Assembly: GCA_036172245.1 (NCBI GenBank)
Contig: JAYWIR010000012.1
Location: 1,612,001-1,676,000, forward strand
DNA length: 64,000 bases
Direction of reading: 5' to 3'
Source: Raillietiella orientalis
Lineage: Eukaryota
The notes under the pieces were generated by a model. The model did not search any database. It was not told the DNA's origin and saw nothing but the letters and a program-made list of their open reading frames with translations. Below are positions 47,913 to 60,649 of this stretch, piece by piece; positions within the stretch are counted from its first letter, which is position 1; each line of letters starts with the position of its first letter. The position numbers were made by a program, and so were the translations under genes.

Positions 47913-49028
47913 TTTGGTGGGAAGTTCATGTTGTAACGCGTCCGATCCGGCGTCCGAATTCTGCAGCCAAGAATTCGTGAGCCATTCGCTCCAACTGGTA
48001 GCAATAACAGCTCCCAGAAACACGTCGTTCTTACACGCCTCTATCCATGAAGTTAGAAAATGAAGTGATTGCAAAGCAGATTTCATAATTCTCTCCATTC
48101 AGCCTGTGTGCTGTTTGAGCTGGAGCTTCCAGTGCGAAGGAAGGCAGTCTCGACAACATTTCGCCAAGAACTGAACCGAAAGAACTCGCCTTTATACAAG
48201 AGTCATGTCTGAATGGTACCGTCTTGGCTAGATGGTTGAAAAGATTCACAGAATGCAATTCAATCTCCGCACGAGAAGAAAGGCAGAATTTGAAGGCTTA
48301 ATGGATCCCGAAAAATAATGAATGAATTAGGAGAAGCATCAACTTTCTTGGAACGTAGGTCGAATTTTCCTTTCAGCCGTGAGTATTTGCGGCAGTAGAA
48401 TTGGGGATTTAATTTACCTGCAACGCTGAGTTCTTATCATGAAATGATGGAATGATGAACGATTCGTCAGCAGCCATCTTGGCGACCACGCTTCAGCTCA
48501 CCCTGTGAAACCAATTCGGTTATAAGCTGTAGGCTGGCTTGGGGGCTTGAAAAAACTCATTCTTCTCCATCATTAGGTGTGTCCATTTTCCTTAGAGAAG
48601 ATGATTTCTGAGGCGTGAGATGAGAAATCTCATTCTACCTGAAGAACACAGATGCTGATCGTTCACGCTTTTTTCTCTTTGGCGTTCTTAATGGCCACGT
48701 GACTGAAATCGGAAATTTCAGTTTCGAGTAACCGAAAATGAGCTCCCGAAATCGAGGGGGAAAAAAAATTTCTTCTTCTTCCTTTTTTGTTTCTCAAGGA
48801 TCTGTGTTTTTTCCTGACTGGCAGGAGGCGAAGTGGGAGCTTGTCTCTCGTCCTTGCATCTTCTTTCAAGAAGCCACCAGCGGAATGTTGAAATACATCT
48901 TCGCCTTCATGATTAAAAAAATTTATGAGTGAAAATGGCTTTGGGGTGCAGCTGCTTTCGGTATTCATTTTGCTGATAGCGCTTGGGAGGCTCCTGCGCC
49001 ATTCTTTCGCGGCTTTTTCCACCTGAAT

Positions 49029-49850
49029 TTGGCCAACTTGGACACAGGAAATCCAAACTCCTCTGGACGTTCCTATGGATGCGCACGTACCCGGAACCGT
49101 TCAAGCGTCGCTGCATGGTCCATCTCATCTGAAGCAGAGAGATATTTTTCTTGTAGCTTGGAAATGCTGACTCGAGATTTCCTCCCCCGAGAGGTTCGGG
49201 GGGGTCGAAAGCATTTCGAAATAACGGAAGGTGTCCGTAATTGTGGTCTCTCAGCTTGGCAGAAAACTGATGCGTCGAAGACTTTCGTTTCCCCCAACCT
49301 CTTCCATTGCGAGAGAGACTGGGGATTCATCCGAAGGAAGACTGGAGGCTGGCGGCTGAAGGACGGAGACGGATGGCGAAGAAGCTTTTGCGACGCGGAG
49401 GGTCCGGCCGAGTTCGTAGCGCAAAAATTCCGATCCGACACCTCATCAGATGACGGAAAAAAAACCTTCTCTTGGGGGAACTTCCTCAGTGTCATTGGCA
49501 GGCATCCTCGTACGCGGCCTATGCGCACCATTGCCAACGGAGATGGGTCCCAGTCGGATGTGTCCCTAGATGCCCCGAAGCTTCGGGGATTTCGAACAGT
49601 GCGAGCCCGTTTCCAGAGAATTCTCCGGAACCCGATATGGCTTCTCCAAAATACCGAAGACCAAAAAGCTGAAGCCCTCGCTTCCGTGTTCACCATTTTC
49701 CAGACGGAGTGGGCCTCTTTTAGAGCAGCAGCATTTCCCCTTCTTCCCCACCACTTGAGGCTTCTGGAAGTTTCCACGCGCTGCCGCTTCACTTTTATGC
49801 AAATGCTCTCATCTCCTGTAATCTCAGTCTCGAGGAACCGGAAAGTTTAG
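49029..49850 (+). mobile_element. Old LINE ORF2 post-RT remnant (273-aa ORF)
   Basis: GLSAWQKTDASKTFVSPNLFH and RRKTGGWRLKD resemble the LSxxGRxxL and KxxGGLGLxD motifs that follow L1-type RT. Confidence 0.45.
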
Positions 49851-52831
49851 CGAACAGAACGGACCCTGAGCCCGTAAGAACCGGAATGGCAGATTTCATT
49901 GGACCAAGGTTCATTAGGCTGCTGCCGGTGTTCGTAATGTCCTTACAGGTTTTCTTGCATAAGGAAATGGCTGAGAGCAATCGATAAGTGCTTAGCGCTG
50001 CAATTCCCGAATTCAGAAAGAGCTGTTTTTAGCTTTGGGATTCAGACTCCTCATTGCAATAAGTAAGCCGGGTCCCTCTCTCCTCAGGTGCGAATACCTG
50101 TATTTCTTCACTTTTGCCGTGTTTCCCAGTTGTCCTTTGGCAGGTAGCCGAGCAGGTCGGCAAAGGCGTCCTCTTGGAGGACAGACGCCTCCGTAAGCAA
50201 CAAACAAAAACGAGAGCGGATCAAAAGTCTCTATTAGAGAATCAAACAATCTCAGCCTCGGCAAAGGGGGGGGGGAGGGAGGAGAAAAAGGGGGAGCAAG
50301 CACTCCGAACGGGAAATGAGCGAGATGTGACTGATTTTCCCCGTCTTCACTCTGGAAAGGGAAAGGAAATTGCCGATCGCCGTGCTGAGCTCTCCAGCAG
50401 CAGAAATACCTCACAAGCAGGGCAAAGTCCGAAGCGATGCGAGAAGTGCTCACGTGAGCATCCGTTATTTAATGCATCTTGCGTGCTCGACCGATTGGAA
50501 ACCCTGAGCACTCAGAGCATGTGACGAAGGGAAGCCAAACCACGTTTCATTGTATCCTCGATAAGGAAGAAAAAAATCGATCCGTCCTCACGACGCGGGT
50601 TCCGCTCCGTGGTCATGAAGTCATTGGGGCAAACCGGAGTGTGGCGAAGCCCGGGCCGCCCACCGACGGGAAGACTGCTTTCCGTTCCCAGACGTTCTAC
50701 GATCGGCGGACGCACCGCGCCTGGCCACTCCAGAGGACGATGATCGCTTGTTGAGTGGAGCAGAACCTGGAAGCATTCCCGTGCTCACCGGCATCCACTT
50801 TTTCCACGCAGGCAACGAAGCTGGAACACGCGGTGCAAGGCCGGTCGTGTAGTCGTCCACGAGGATTCCTCTACGAGTGGCATCTCTGAAATTCGTGGAC
50901 TATTCAAGGACGCGTTTCCAGAAAGCAAGCTACCGAATTTCTCTTCTCTAGGTTCTTGGCTGCAAACGTATTATGGGCTGCTGGTGTTAGAAAGCACTTC
51001 GCAGAGTGCCTTCTAGCACTGCAGAGCACATCAACTCCATCTGAACTTCAGACTTCGTACTTCTTGATGTGACTTTAGCGGTACGGACTTATTTTGGAAG
51101 AAAGTGGGATGCAAACAACAGAATAAGGGTCCAGTTACCTTCAGGATTCTCCGTTCCTTCTTCCTATGCACCGTTCAAGCTCAAGCACCCACAACGTTGA
51201 AGAAGTGGTCGGATGCTGTACTCTCGCTTCCCACAGGGTCATCTCCACCTGTTTGCGTGCAGTGGTTTGGCTCTGCCCTTCGTTCGGTGGAAGGTCGAAG
51301 GTGGTGGTTCTCGGAAAATCTAAGCCACCTAAGTCACCCTTTGCAGGATCAGGATATTGGCAGAGAGGATTTCCAAAACGCGAGGGCCGAAAAATCGTTG
51401 GAAGAAGGCAAACGTGACTCTTTCGTGATTCGGGAGAGGGGGGGGGGAGCAACCCTCAAAGTGGAGACCCGCAATCGAAGAAAAATAATTATGCATCAGT
51501 CAGAGAACTGTGGCATCCAGCAGCCTGCGTGCAGAAAATGATGACAGCAAAAACACCGAGCTACCCACTCACTGTTCTTACACGCACTTGATTCCCGTTT
51601 ATTTTGGTCCGTTCTTGCACATTGGGGAACGAGGGCAGTCGATAAGTTGTTCTGGGAGTCCCGTGATGGCCAGAGTGATGCAGATGCGAGAGCCGCATGG
51701 GACAGGATCTCGTTAAAATTCCACGCAATAAAATGGGATTCTGCAACATTCATAGCTTAATAAATAACCCGAATTACTCATATTCCTTCCTTATCTTCAT
51801 TGCAGACGAGATACGGAGCTTGTGACCAGTCGTACTGGACGTTCATCTCTTCCATTTTTAATGGCTTGAATCCTCAACGGCAGCTGGAACGCACCAGCGT
51901 TCGGTTTCATCTCTGCAGGCTGCTTTGACTCTGGTCCCCATTCTAACGCATAATTCTTTCTGTCTGGTACTGACGGATGGAACGCAAAAATGAAATTATT
52001 TTCTCTAAGAATGGATGCGAAGTGATCGCAAAGCTGCGACGTGGAAAAAAAGATTGTCTCGAACACACACTGAGCCCTGATTGACGTATGAGCCAGAACA
52101 AGTCCGTGGAAATCCACAGTCTCGTAGAATCGCGCGTTGTGCCATCCAGACGGGTGGCCGAAAGCTTAGCAGATGAAAACCGCGAAGAAAAGAACGTGTG
52201 AAGTTTCCGAAATCCTATCGAGCATGCTGGCCTCAACCTGGTCACCATGGAAACGTGCTCTATTCAGGAACCGCACAAATGTTGCATGACGTACAGGTTG
52301 CGATAGCTACGGTCCCGAAAATCGACGGTTGCTTTCCTGATTCCTAATGATGGATAGAAAAGCGATTTCGTCTTGATTCTGCTAATCACCAAAAGACATG
52401 GGATGGCGTCACAAGTCGCTGCGACGCTTCCGGGACTTGTTTGCTTCGGTCCATGAGGATCTCAGCACTGAAATTCTTGAACAGGTGCGAATCAGCACAG
52501 CATAGACACTCGATCTGGACTTGTGAATCCTTCGGGTGCTGGAATCCGGCCGAAAACACCGTCTCGTTGCCTCTCGAAACACCGATGATCAGCTGCAACG
52601 TGCTCTTCTCAAAAAATGCTGAGGAAGAAGTACAAGTTCTTTCCTGCTGCGGGAACAACATACAGTAAGATTGAGATGACAGAGAGGTTATCAATTTCTC
52701 GCGCAAGATTTCTGCCTCCCGATGAAGCTCCAGCTACCAAAACACCAATTGGTAGAGACTCTTCCTTGAAAAATGAGTGAAATCAACAAAAATCGAGGAG
52801 TAGGATCAGTAGGATCGCAGCAGCATGCCAT

Positions 52832-54140
52832 GTTCCGCTGGGGCGTTTATTGTAAAAAAAAATATTTACAAAAAAACAGGCATATGAAATATATAAAAAT
52901 GCCATTTTTTCCAAGTGGTTTCACATCACGACTGAGAAGGGCAATGCCTCGGAGGCGCTGCTCCTCGTGAGCAGCTCCCCAATGAGCTCCGCACAGGTGG
53001 AGTGGAGGAAAGGGTAAATAAAAACAAAAAAACACATATGCTCAGTTTAAAAGAAATGTTAGGAGGACAGGGGGGAAGGAGAGGAATCTTCTCCATGAAG
53101 AAGCAGACAATTGCGATGACCTTATCATCCGACTGACCTCTTTCGGAGAGGCTTCCCTCTGTCGCCGCAATCCCACGGAGGCGGCGCAGAGCTGCGTGGG
53201 AAGCTGAAGACGACATCGCGTCGCGCGTGAAGAGGTGCAGAAAGATCTCTGCCGCTGCCCATCGGAAGTGGGAGGGCCGTAGCAAAGCGCTCCCGGACAC
53301 TCAGGAGGACAACGCAGTCCAGCAACAGGTGCGGGAAGGTTTCCCGTTCCCCGCGCCTGGCACGGTCCGGGGATACATTCCCTCTTGTCCGGTAGTAGAC
53401 TCGTGCGTTGCATGGAATCTTGCAGAGCAACAACTGCAATGCCGAGTTTCGCCACTTCAGGGGAAGCGTGGAGCTGTCCACAAACAGTGGATGTGTTCCT
53501 CCCTCTCCAAGGGTAATGTTCAGGGGCTCCGCCCATCGAACAATTCCTTTTGGGAGGGCGGCGGGATGCATGCGTCAGCTGGTTGACACAACCATTCAGC
53601 ATTCCGGTTACTTCTTTTTTCCCAGGATCTCGCAAGACCATCGCCACGTCCTCTCCGTCGCGTTGTGTTGAGCACGGCTGCAAGTGGGGTGTTCCGTGCC
53701 CAAGTGGTCTTCTGTGGACAGTCCATGATTCCTTGCAGCGAGCAGCGAGAAGCAATTCGAGAAGTTCGAGAAGCGATTTCATCATGATTCTGAAAATCAT
53801 CAAAAATTGCTTTCAGGCGCTCCCAAGTCCGTGATCATCTTACCACATTAAGATAACCACCAGGAGTGCTTCTGAATTTGCCTCGGCTCTCTACGATTCG
53901 TCTGCGATTTGGGAAGGACGGCTCCGCGGTTAAACGACGTTGAGGATGGCGAGCCGCTGAGATGGCAGGCACAAAATGCGTCGGAACCCCAGTGTCGCGC
54001 TGCGAAAGATGTTTCGAGGCCAGGAGTCCCGCTCCCCGGCAGCAGGAGGGGACGAATCTGAACGCAGTTGCGTCAGCTGCGTGTGTTCCGCTAGACCTCT
54101 TCCAGGACCATACTGCCTCTTGGTGTATCCGAAGCTCACG
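52832..54140 (-). mobile_element. 5'-truncated LINE (B-related)
   Basis: ORF 53125..53571(-): IPCNARVYYRTRGNVSPDRARRGERETFPHLLLDC. Terminus AATAAACGCCCCAGCGG. Confidence 0.8.
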
Positions 54141-54799
54141 TGATTTTTTACCCTCGGAAGATCCAGTCGTATCGGCTATGGTTTTGACGTGCCTGATGCC
54201 TCCAGAATCTTTTCCTGAATACCTTAACTCTTGGATCGTTAGGCAAGCAATGTTCGCCCCAGAGGTGGAAAATGGAATTCTATTCCTCTCGTCAGCAAAA
54301 GGCGTGCTTTTCCATTAGCGGAGCAGTCCGATGCAAGTGTTTGGAGCCTCGTCGTCATGCACAGCATGGAAGGCTCCCCGATTGAAAGATTTCGGGTTCG
54401 CAACTTTTTTTTTTTTAAATTAAAACAGAAGACCTCTCCATAGAACTTTCATCCCGAAATTGTGGTTTGGGAAAAAAGAGGGAAGAATTCTGGGTTGCGT
54501 GTTCGAATTGACCACGCCCCCATCTTCGGCAACCGATTTCGTCGTTTCCTAATGTCCAGACGCTTCGCTGGAGACAATTCCTGCGCAGTTCGCGCAAAAC
54601 ATGAGATGATGGACGCTCGGAATTTTTCGCTCCCTTGACGAAAGAACTGCTTGGCAACTCGCTGGAGGCGACTGCAATCGAAAATCGAATGAGAAACGTC
54701 CGGGTCCTCTTGGTATTTGCCTTCTTTTGTCCAGAAAAGAGTGAGGTGGAAGCGAAAACTCCTCTGTTTGCTTCCAGTCGCGGACGTGAGTGCATTGCG

Positions 54800-56330
54800 T
54801 TGCTTCTCATATTGCACAGACCGATCACGGGAGCCTGAGGAACTCGCTGAAGACTTCAGCCAGGTTATGTTAGGTAAGGTGAGAAGAGGTGAGGTTCAGC
54901 CAAATTGGACTGGCGGTGTCATCCCTTTGGAAAAACCATGGCGGCCAACTCCTGACGAAGAGATTACTGAGAAATTCCGTCTCTGACGTCATCGCTCTTA
55001 GCCGAGAACCTGAATCGCACGATGAAACCCATGCAACCCACTTGGCTGTGCCGGGGAAACCCGAGTTATGCCCGAAGGGAAGAACGGAGTCCCCTCTGGC
55101 CCTCTTTTCTTTCCACATGTCCAGAGCTTTCGAGTCCCGTTCTCGGCCTCCTAGGAGGCGCCAGAGGAACTGCGTAGGACTCTCCGCGCGGAGACAGCGT
55201 TACCGACCTGGACCCTCCTCCCGGAGGACTGGGTTCACCCAGCCGAAGCAGTCGTGTGCCAGCTATCCGCTTCGCTGGAAGGTATCTGCGGCTACATCTT
55301 CTTGATCTCCGGCCCGCTGGTGCCGCGCATCCTACGGGGCTCCTGCCAGTGCCGCGTTCACCTGCTTTTCCGCGCCGCTGACATCATTGGGAGCAGCAAT
55401 GTTCCGGGCATCCCCACTACTCCTGACTCACTGAAAGGCAGGCAGCAAAGGTAACATGCATAAGAGAATGGAAAACGAAAAAATCGTAAGCCAGGGAACT
55501 GCTCTTTCTGAGCCTACGAGGCTCCAGCGTGGAGCGTTCCCATCTATGGGAGCACTTTATAAGGACCTTATAAGACGGGAGCCACGTGCACTGTTTCTGC
55601 GTAATCCTTAGTGCACATTCCCAGAAAAGCTCTGGAATGTCCACTGATAAGCAAAACTGCTTGGTGGAAAGTCAAACGTTTACTGCTGTTGAGGCTCAAG
55701 GAAGAACGGAAGGCAAGACATCCACGAGTTTCCAAGGGAACTGCTCCCATCCTTGGGTGGAAGGTTCGTCAGACGAGCTTCGTCCATTCTTTTCCGAGTT
55801 TTTGTCTGCTACTGCGTGATGTGGTCATTTTTTTTTCCTGCGCCGAGACGATTGAACAAAAGTTTGGATGAGAAAATTCCGAAAGACCCGAAGACCGAAT
55901 GCGAAGCTCCGCAGAACCATTTTCAAACGATCCGGAAAGTCCAGCTTGCAGTTTGTCGTCGCAATCTGCTCTTTAACTTTTGCTGGGGTCCGGATTTGCT
56001 CTCTGCAAAAGACCATTGCACGGGTGACCGTTTATGTGATTTGGGGCGGGAAAATGGGATGTGTCCGATCTGTGGCGCATTGGACCTTGAGGAGCCGACT
56101 GTGCAGATTTGCGATTTCGTTGTTGAGAGTTGCATGCCTGAGCTCCGGGTGAGCCAAGGAGCGGGAAGAGAGACATAACGGCCATTTGGCAGGTTTCTGT
56201 GTTTTTTCTGTGGATTGAGGGAGACAGTTGCGAGGTGGGAGGTAGAATGATCGAGAAGTCGCTCGTGAGGAAGCGGCAATGTTGGGCGTGAAAGGAGAAT
56301 TTGTAGATGTGTTCCGCACCACCATCAAGA
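54800..56330 (+). mobile_element. Patchwork of old LINE ORF2 remnants
   Basis: LLTKRLLRNSVSDVI (early RT-like), LLPEDW (cf. A-type DLLPPxE) and MCPICG (zf-like). Probably several elements. Confidence 0.35.
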
Positions 56331-56399
56331 GAAAGTCAGTTCCTGCTTTTTCAACCTCCTCAGTAGCATGGCCTCAACTGCAGTGTTGAGTCGCGCTGC

Positions 56400-57850
56400 A
56401 TGGTCGAGCAGCAGCGAGAGCGGCTACCGACCACAGACGTAGGGATAGGCCACGGGAGCAAACGCTGGGAGCCTTGGCGGTCGCAATCGATCTGCACGAA
56501 GCATTCGACTGCAGGAATAGGAACTTCTAGAGTTCTTGCGGCGTCTCGGTCATCCAATAAACCTACTGGCCTACTTGCTCTCTTGCTGACGCCAAGCGGT
56601 TACGAGCATCTTTTTCAGCTGCTGTCACGATTACGGCGTGTCGGTGCGGCTGGGAATAAGGCAAGGAGACACTTTAAGCCCTCTGCTCTTCAGCATCTTC
56701 TTCGAGTTGGTGCTCAACGCTTACAGGCTGATGCTGGCCGAACTGCGAGCCCCTGTCCACTGCTACCAACGCGGACAACCTGCTTCTCCTGTTGCTCATG
56801 TACACCCCGGGGGCTCGAAGATTATTTCGAGCTGATCCTTCGGGGAGCGGGCAAGTTTCAGAAGGAGTAAGAGCGTGGTCATCCCGGTGGGAGCAGCGAG
56901 GGAAGAGCAGTCCGACTGGATCTGCCTAGGGATCCTCACGGGCAGGTACTTCAAGTACCTTGGAGGGCGGTTGGGCGACTTCTGTGGTGCAGAAGCGTGG
57001 TCAGACTGCCTTAGGAAGGCAGAGAGTGCCCTTGGTCCATTCCTAGGTGGCGAGTTCGTCTTATCGGAACGGGTCTCCGTCTTGAACTGCTTTGTTGCCC
57101 CCCTCTCCTCCCCTTGTCTTTTGTTTGCTCGCCCCTTATTCCGTCAAGATCCGGGCGCAACGCCTCCTACGCAAAGGGTTGTATGGCGCTGCGAAATCCC
57201 AGATACGATTGAAAGACTTGGTGGCGCCGCGTCAGAATGCTGGCTTGGGCACCCTGGCCATCGAAAGATCGGACTTCAGTTGCAGTTCCGAATGAGCACT
57301 ATGTGCGATACTCTGGTGCACTACTCGCCTTGGTATCTACCTGCGCGCCTTCTCCTTCGACGCTGCACCGGCAGCAAAGGACTTGTTTCATTGCTGCCGC
57401 TTTCGGCACACCAGCAAAGAATCTGGCTTCCCGCTGAGGCAATTTGCCTTGCTACTGGAAGCCCAAATTTGGATCTTCTGCCGCCCTATGAATTGCAATG
57501 CATGGCGGCAGGAGACCGTTGCGTCATGGGCTGCTAATACGGGAATGTGACCGGAAGACCTTCGGGGTCCATGACATCTGCTGAGCCTGGAAGAGGTAAT
57601 GCAGGACCAGAGGTGAAATCGCCTAGCCTCCACACCCCTTGCCGCATCGCCGTCTGCCCTTAGGGAAAGCAACGACAGTTGCCTACCGGCGGGGTGGGAG
57701 TTTTGCACCACTGCAGGAGAGACGAAGCTCCTTGGAGGCTGGAAGACAAAGGGACTGGTGCATACCTCCACTCCTTCGAATCGGACCAAGGGATTTCTCC
57801 GGTGGAGCGAATTGTTAAGTGTTAAGAGGGTTTCGATCCATCCGTCGAGT
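56400..57850 (+). mobile_element. LINE subfamily A reverse-transcriptase core and downstream region (frameshifted)
   Basis: IDLHEAFD (~56487), GIRQGDTLSPLLFSIF (56638..56835), disrupted (Y)ADN and YFKYLG (~56947), in the canonical non-LTR RT order. Confidence 0.9.
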
Positions 57851-60649
57851 GGATGCATTCCATGACTCGGAGCGTGGTACCCTCAGGATCGTGCAGGAAA
57901 GACAACGGCACAGGCGCGGGGGTGTCTGACCGAGAAGCAGCCCACTAGTCTGCCGGGCAGATGAGTTCTCTAGGCGAAATCTGCGCAGGCTCAGGCATAG
58001 TGACTTCCCCGTGCTTTCGGCAGTCAACCCAGCAGGCATATGGGATGAAGCGAGGATGTGGGTCGGCGCAGAGGCGGAATTCTCGAAAGGAACATGCGAT
58101 GGGAACGCAGTTTGCTAAGGAATGGCCGTGTGCAAAGGAACAGGAAGCGGAATCTGGAGCAGTTCGTGAATTCTTAGAATAGTTGGCGTGATGGGGTACG
58201 GAAGGAGAGTTGGATACAAGAATGGGGTGGTTACCGACTGCACCCCATTCTTAGTGGAGACGGAAGAGGAGTGTGGGAGCCAGAGTTGGAGCGGTCTTGC
58301 AGGTTTCCGGAGTATCTCGCGCGACGAATGCATGTTGAACGCGGTAAAGCAGAAGTGGATGCATGCAAGATGAAGCAAGAGAAATGGGTGCAATAGGGAC
58401 AGAATAGCCGTTCGTGGAAAGAGCGAGAGTAGGTCATAGAACGTGTGTGAACTCCAGAAAAAGTTCAAAGTTCCGGCCAACTTCAGGCACTCCACCGACC
58501 GCAGCGACGTTCTCGCCCGTCGGCAGTGGAGTGTGCGAGCGTGCCGCGTGGGAGTGTCGCCCTTTCACCTCTGTGGGCTGGTAGGTAGTTCGGTGACCGA
58601 TTCAGTCCATTCCATCATTCTTCTTCCATCATGGGAAGTTCTGGGATTTATGGATGACTTCAGAGGCCGATGTGCTCCCAACGTCGGATGGGAACCACCT
58701 TAACGTGCAGCTTCCTTGATTTTCAATCTTCTTTCTCATGAAGCCTCCAGTAAGGTGCCTTCGCTACTGCAAGCACCACAAGAAGGGACGAGGGTTGAAA
58801 GGCTGGAGATTGTAAGAGTGAACTGAGATGTAGAAAAATCTGGCTGCAGAAAGGGATGATGCGTGTTGCGTTGGCACCATCCGCTGAGGTGTGGGTAACC
58901 TGACATCCGGCTCGTTGCAGCTCTCCAGCTTCGCAGGTTTCCAGAGCGTGCGGCTGAAAGTCGTGTCGGAAGCCATTTTGTTCTTTCAGAGATATAAGGA
59001 TTATTGAGTTTCCCTGTTCCAGAGCAGCAGGAAGGGGGAACTGGACGCCAATCGGCGAACCTGATCTCAGGCAGCAAAAGCTTTCTCCTGTGCTCTCCTC
59101 CTTCTAGTAAAAGTTCTCCTAGCACGTCAGAGGGATCCTCCCGAAATTCTCAGCACAAGATGGATCTCGCGCAAGCAAACCGAGAGCCAGAGGATAATTT
59201 CGGAAGGGAGGAAGCCTCCACAAAAAGAGTCTTCACGTTCCCCCGCAATGAAGTCCCCTAACCGACGCATCCTTTGAAGTCCCTCTTGAGCACAAATTCT
59301 TTCGATCGCAGCTTCTCCCGTGCTCCCGCATCAAAGTCGGAAAGTCGATGCAATCGTACGCCGGATCCCCTTCCGCGATAATCGAATTTCTGCGTTTTGA
59401 CGGATACCCTAAACAAGGCGTCAGCCGCGGTTGTCATGGACACGCCGAGGAATCTGGGAAAGGCCAAACAAGATAAAATAAGGGTGAACAATCTTACGGG
59501 CATGGACCTCGAAAATGAATCGCGTATCTCATGGACGGAATGCGTAGGCCATCGTGGAAGGCACTCACACAGAGTGGGCGCTTTCCCTTCTCGACAAACG
59601 AAGAGAAGGTGTTCCCGGAAGTGATGCCGTCGGAGCTGCGGATGAGGACGCCGCGTTTTCTCCTGGCCTTTGCTCGAACCTTCGTGCCTGAAAGAGCAGC
59701 TCCGACCACGTCTCCCGCAAGTTCCCGCGTAGGGTGAGGAAAATTTACGGAAGACGTGTTGCTTAGTCCTCTCCGGCAATCCGGTCACCTCTGATCCCTA
59801 CCGACGCCGCGGTTCCTCTCCGTACCAGTCGTCCCGACGCGTCCCCTGCCTGACGTTCTTCCTCCTGGGAGAGCACGGCTTGGGATGCAGGCACAGCCGG
59901 TTTCTGGCACATGGGCCCACGGAGCAGCACACTCAGCACACAGCACACTCGGGCACAGCTGCGGCGCTTCTCCTCTGTCCAGTTTCCCTAAGATGGAGCG
60001 TCACTGTCCTCTGGACAGCGGACCCTCGGACGGTCTAACGCACGCTACCGTCTGCGCAGCCTGCAGCCACACACAAGAAGTACCCGTTGCCGCACCCGAA
60101 AAGAAATGCGCGGCGAGTGGTGTGCGCCTCGTTATTCTCAGGCAGCCGCTCTGAAGACGACCGGTGTCTACATTCGAACTGGACTCGTTTCGTCCTCCGG
60201 AGTTGGTCGGGATGTCCGTCTGCTGATCCGATGGAATCCAGGTGCTCCATCCACATCGACTTACGTGGCCAATGACGGTTCCCCGGATGAGCGCAGGCAT
60301 CTTTCACGCTTGAGTAAGAGAGGATCGAACATCTCCTCCATTAGGACCCGGACACAAGCTGGTCCGATTCTTTAAGACATCCCACCACCCATCCCGATCA
60401 TGAGGAAGGAATAGGTCATCTCGAAAGCTGCCACTTTGCCTGCGCCGAAAAAAACAATCCCAAACTTCTACCAGCTGGTCAGCTGGACCACTGCGTTCCT
60501 CCTCTTTCCTCCTCGCCCCCTCCGTGGATCGCCGTAGTTGTTCCATTTTTCATTTTCACTTTTAGATAGCTCCAACTCTAACTACGTGGTTACAATATAC
60601 TCCCGAAAGCCTCCAGAGATGGTGATCCCTCTTTCTCTACAGGAAACGG

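Noticed and set aside
49029..49850. Overlapping long ORFs on opposite strands (273 aa and 239 aa) as a novel gene pair
   Set aside because: The plus frame carries degenerate post-RT LINE motifs, and the minus ORF is its in-register antisense shadow.
53042..53803. 253-aa minus-strand ORF
   Set aside because: An off-frame reading of a frameshifted LINE C-terminus.
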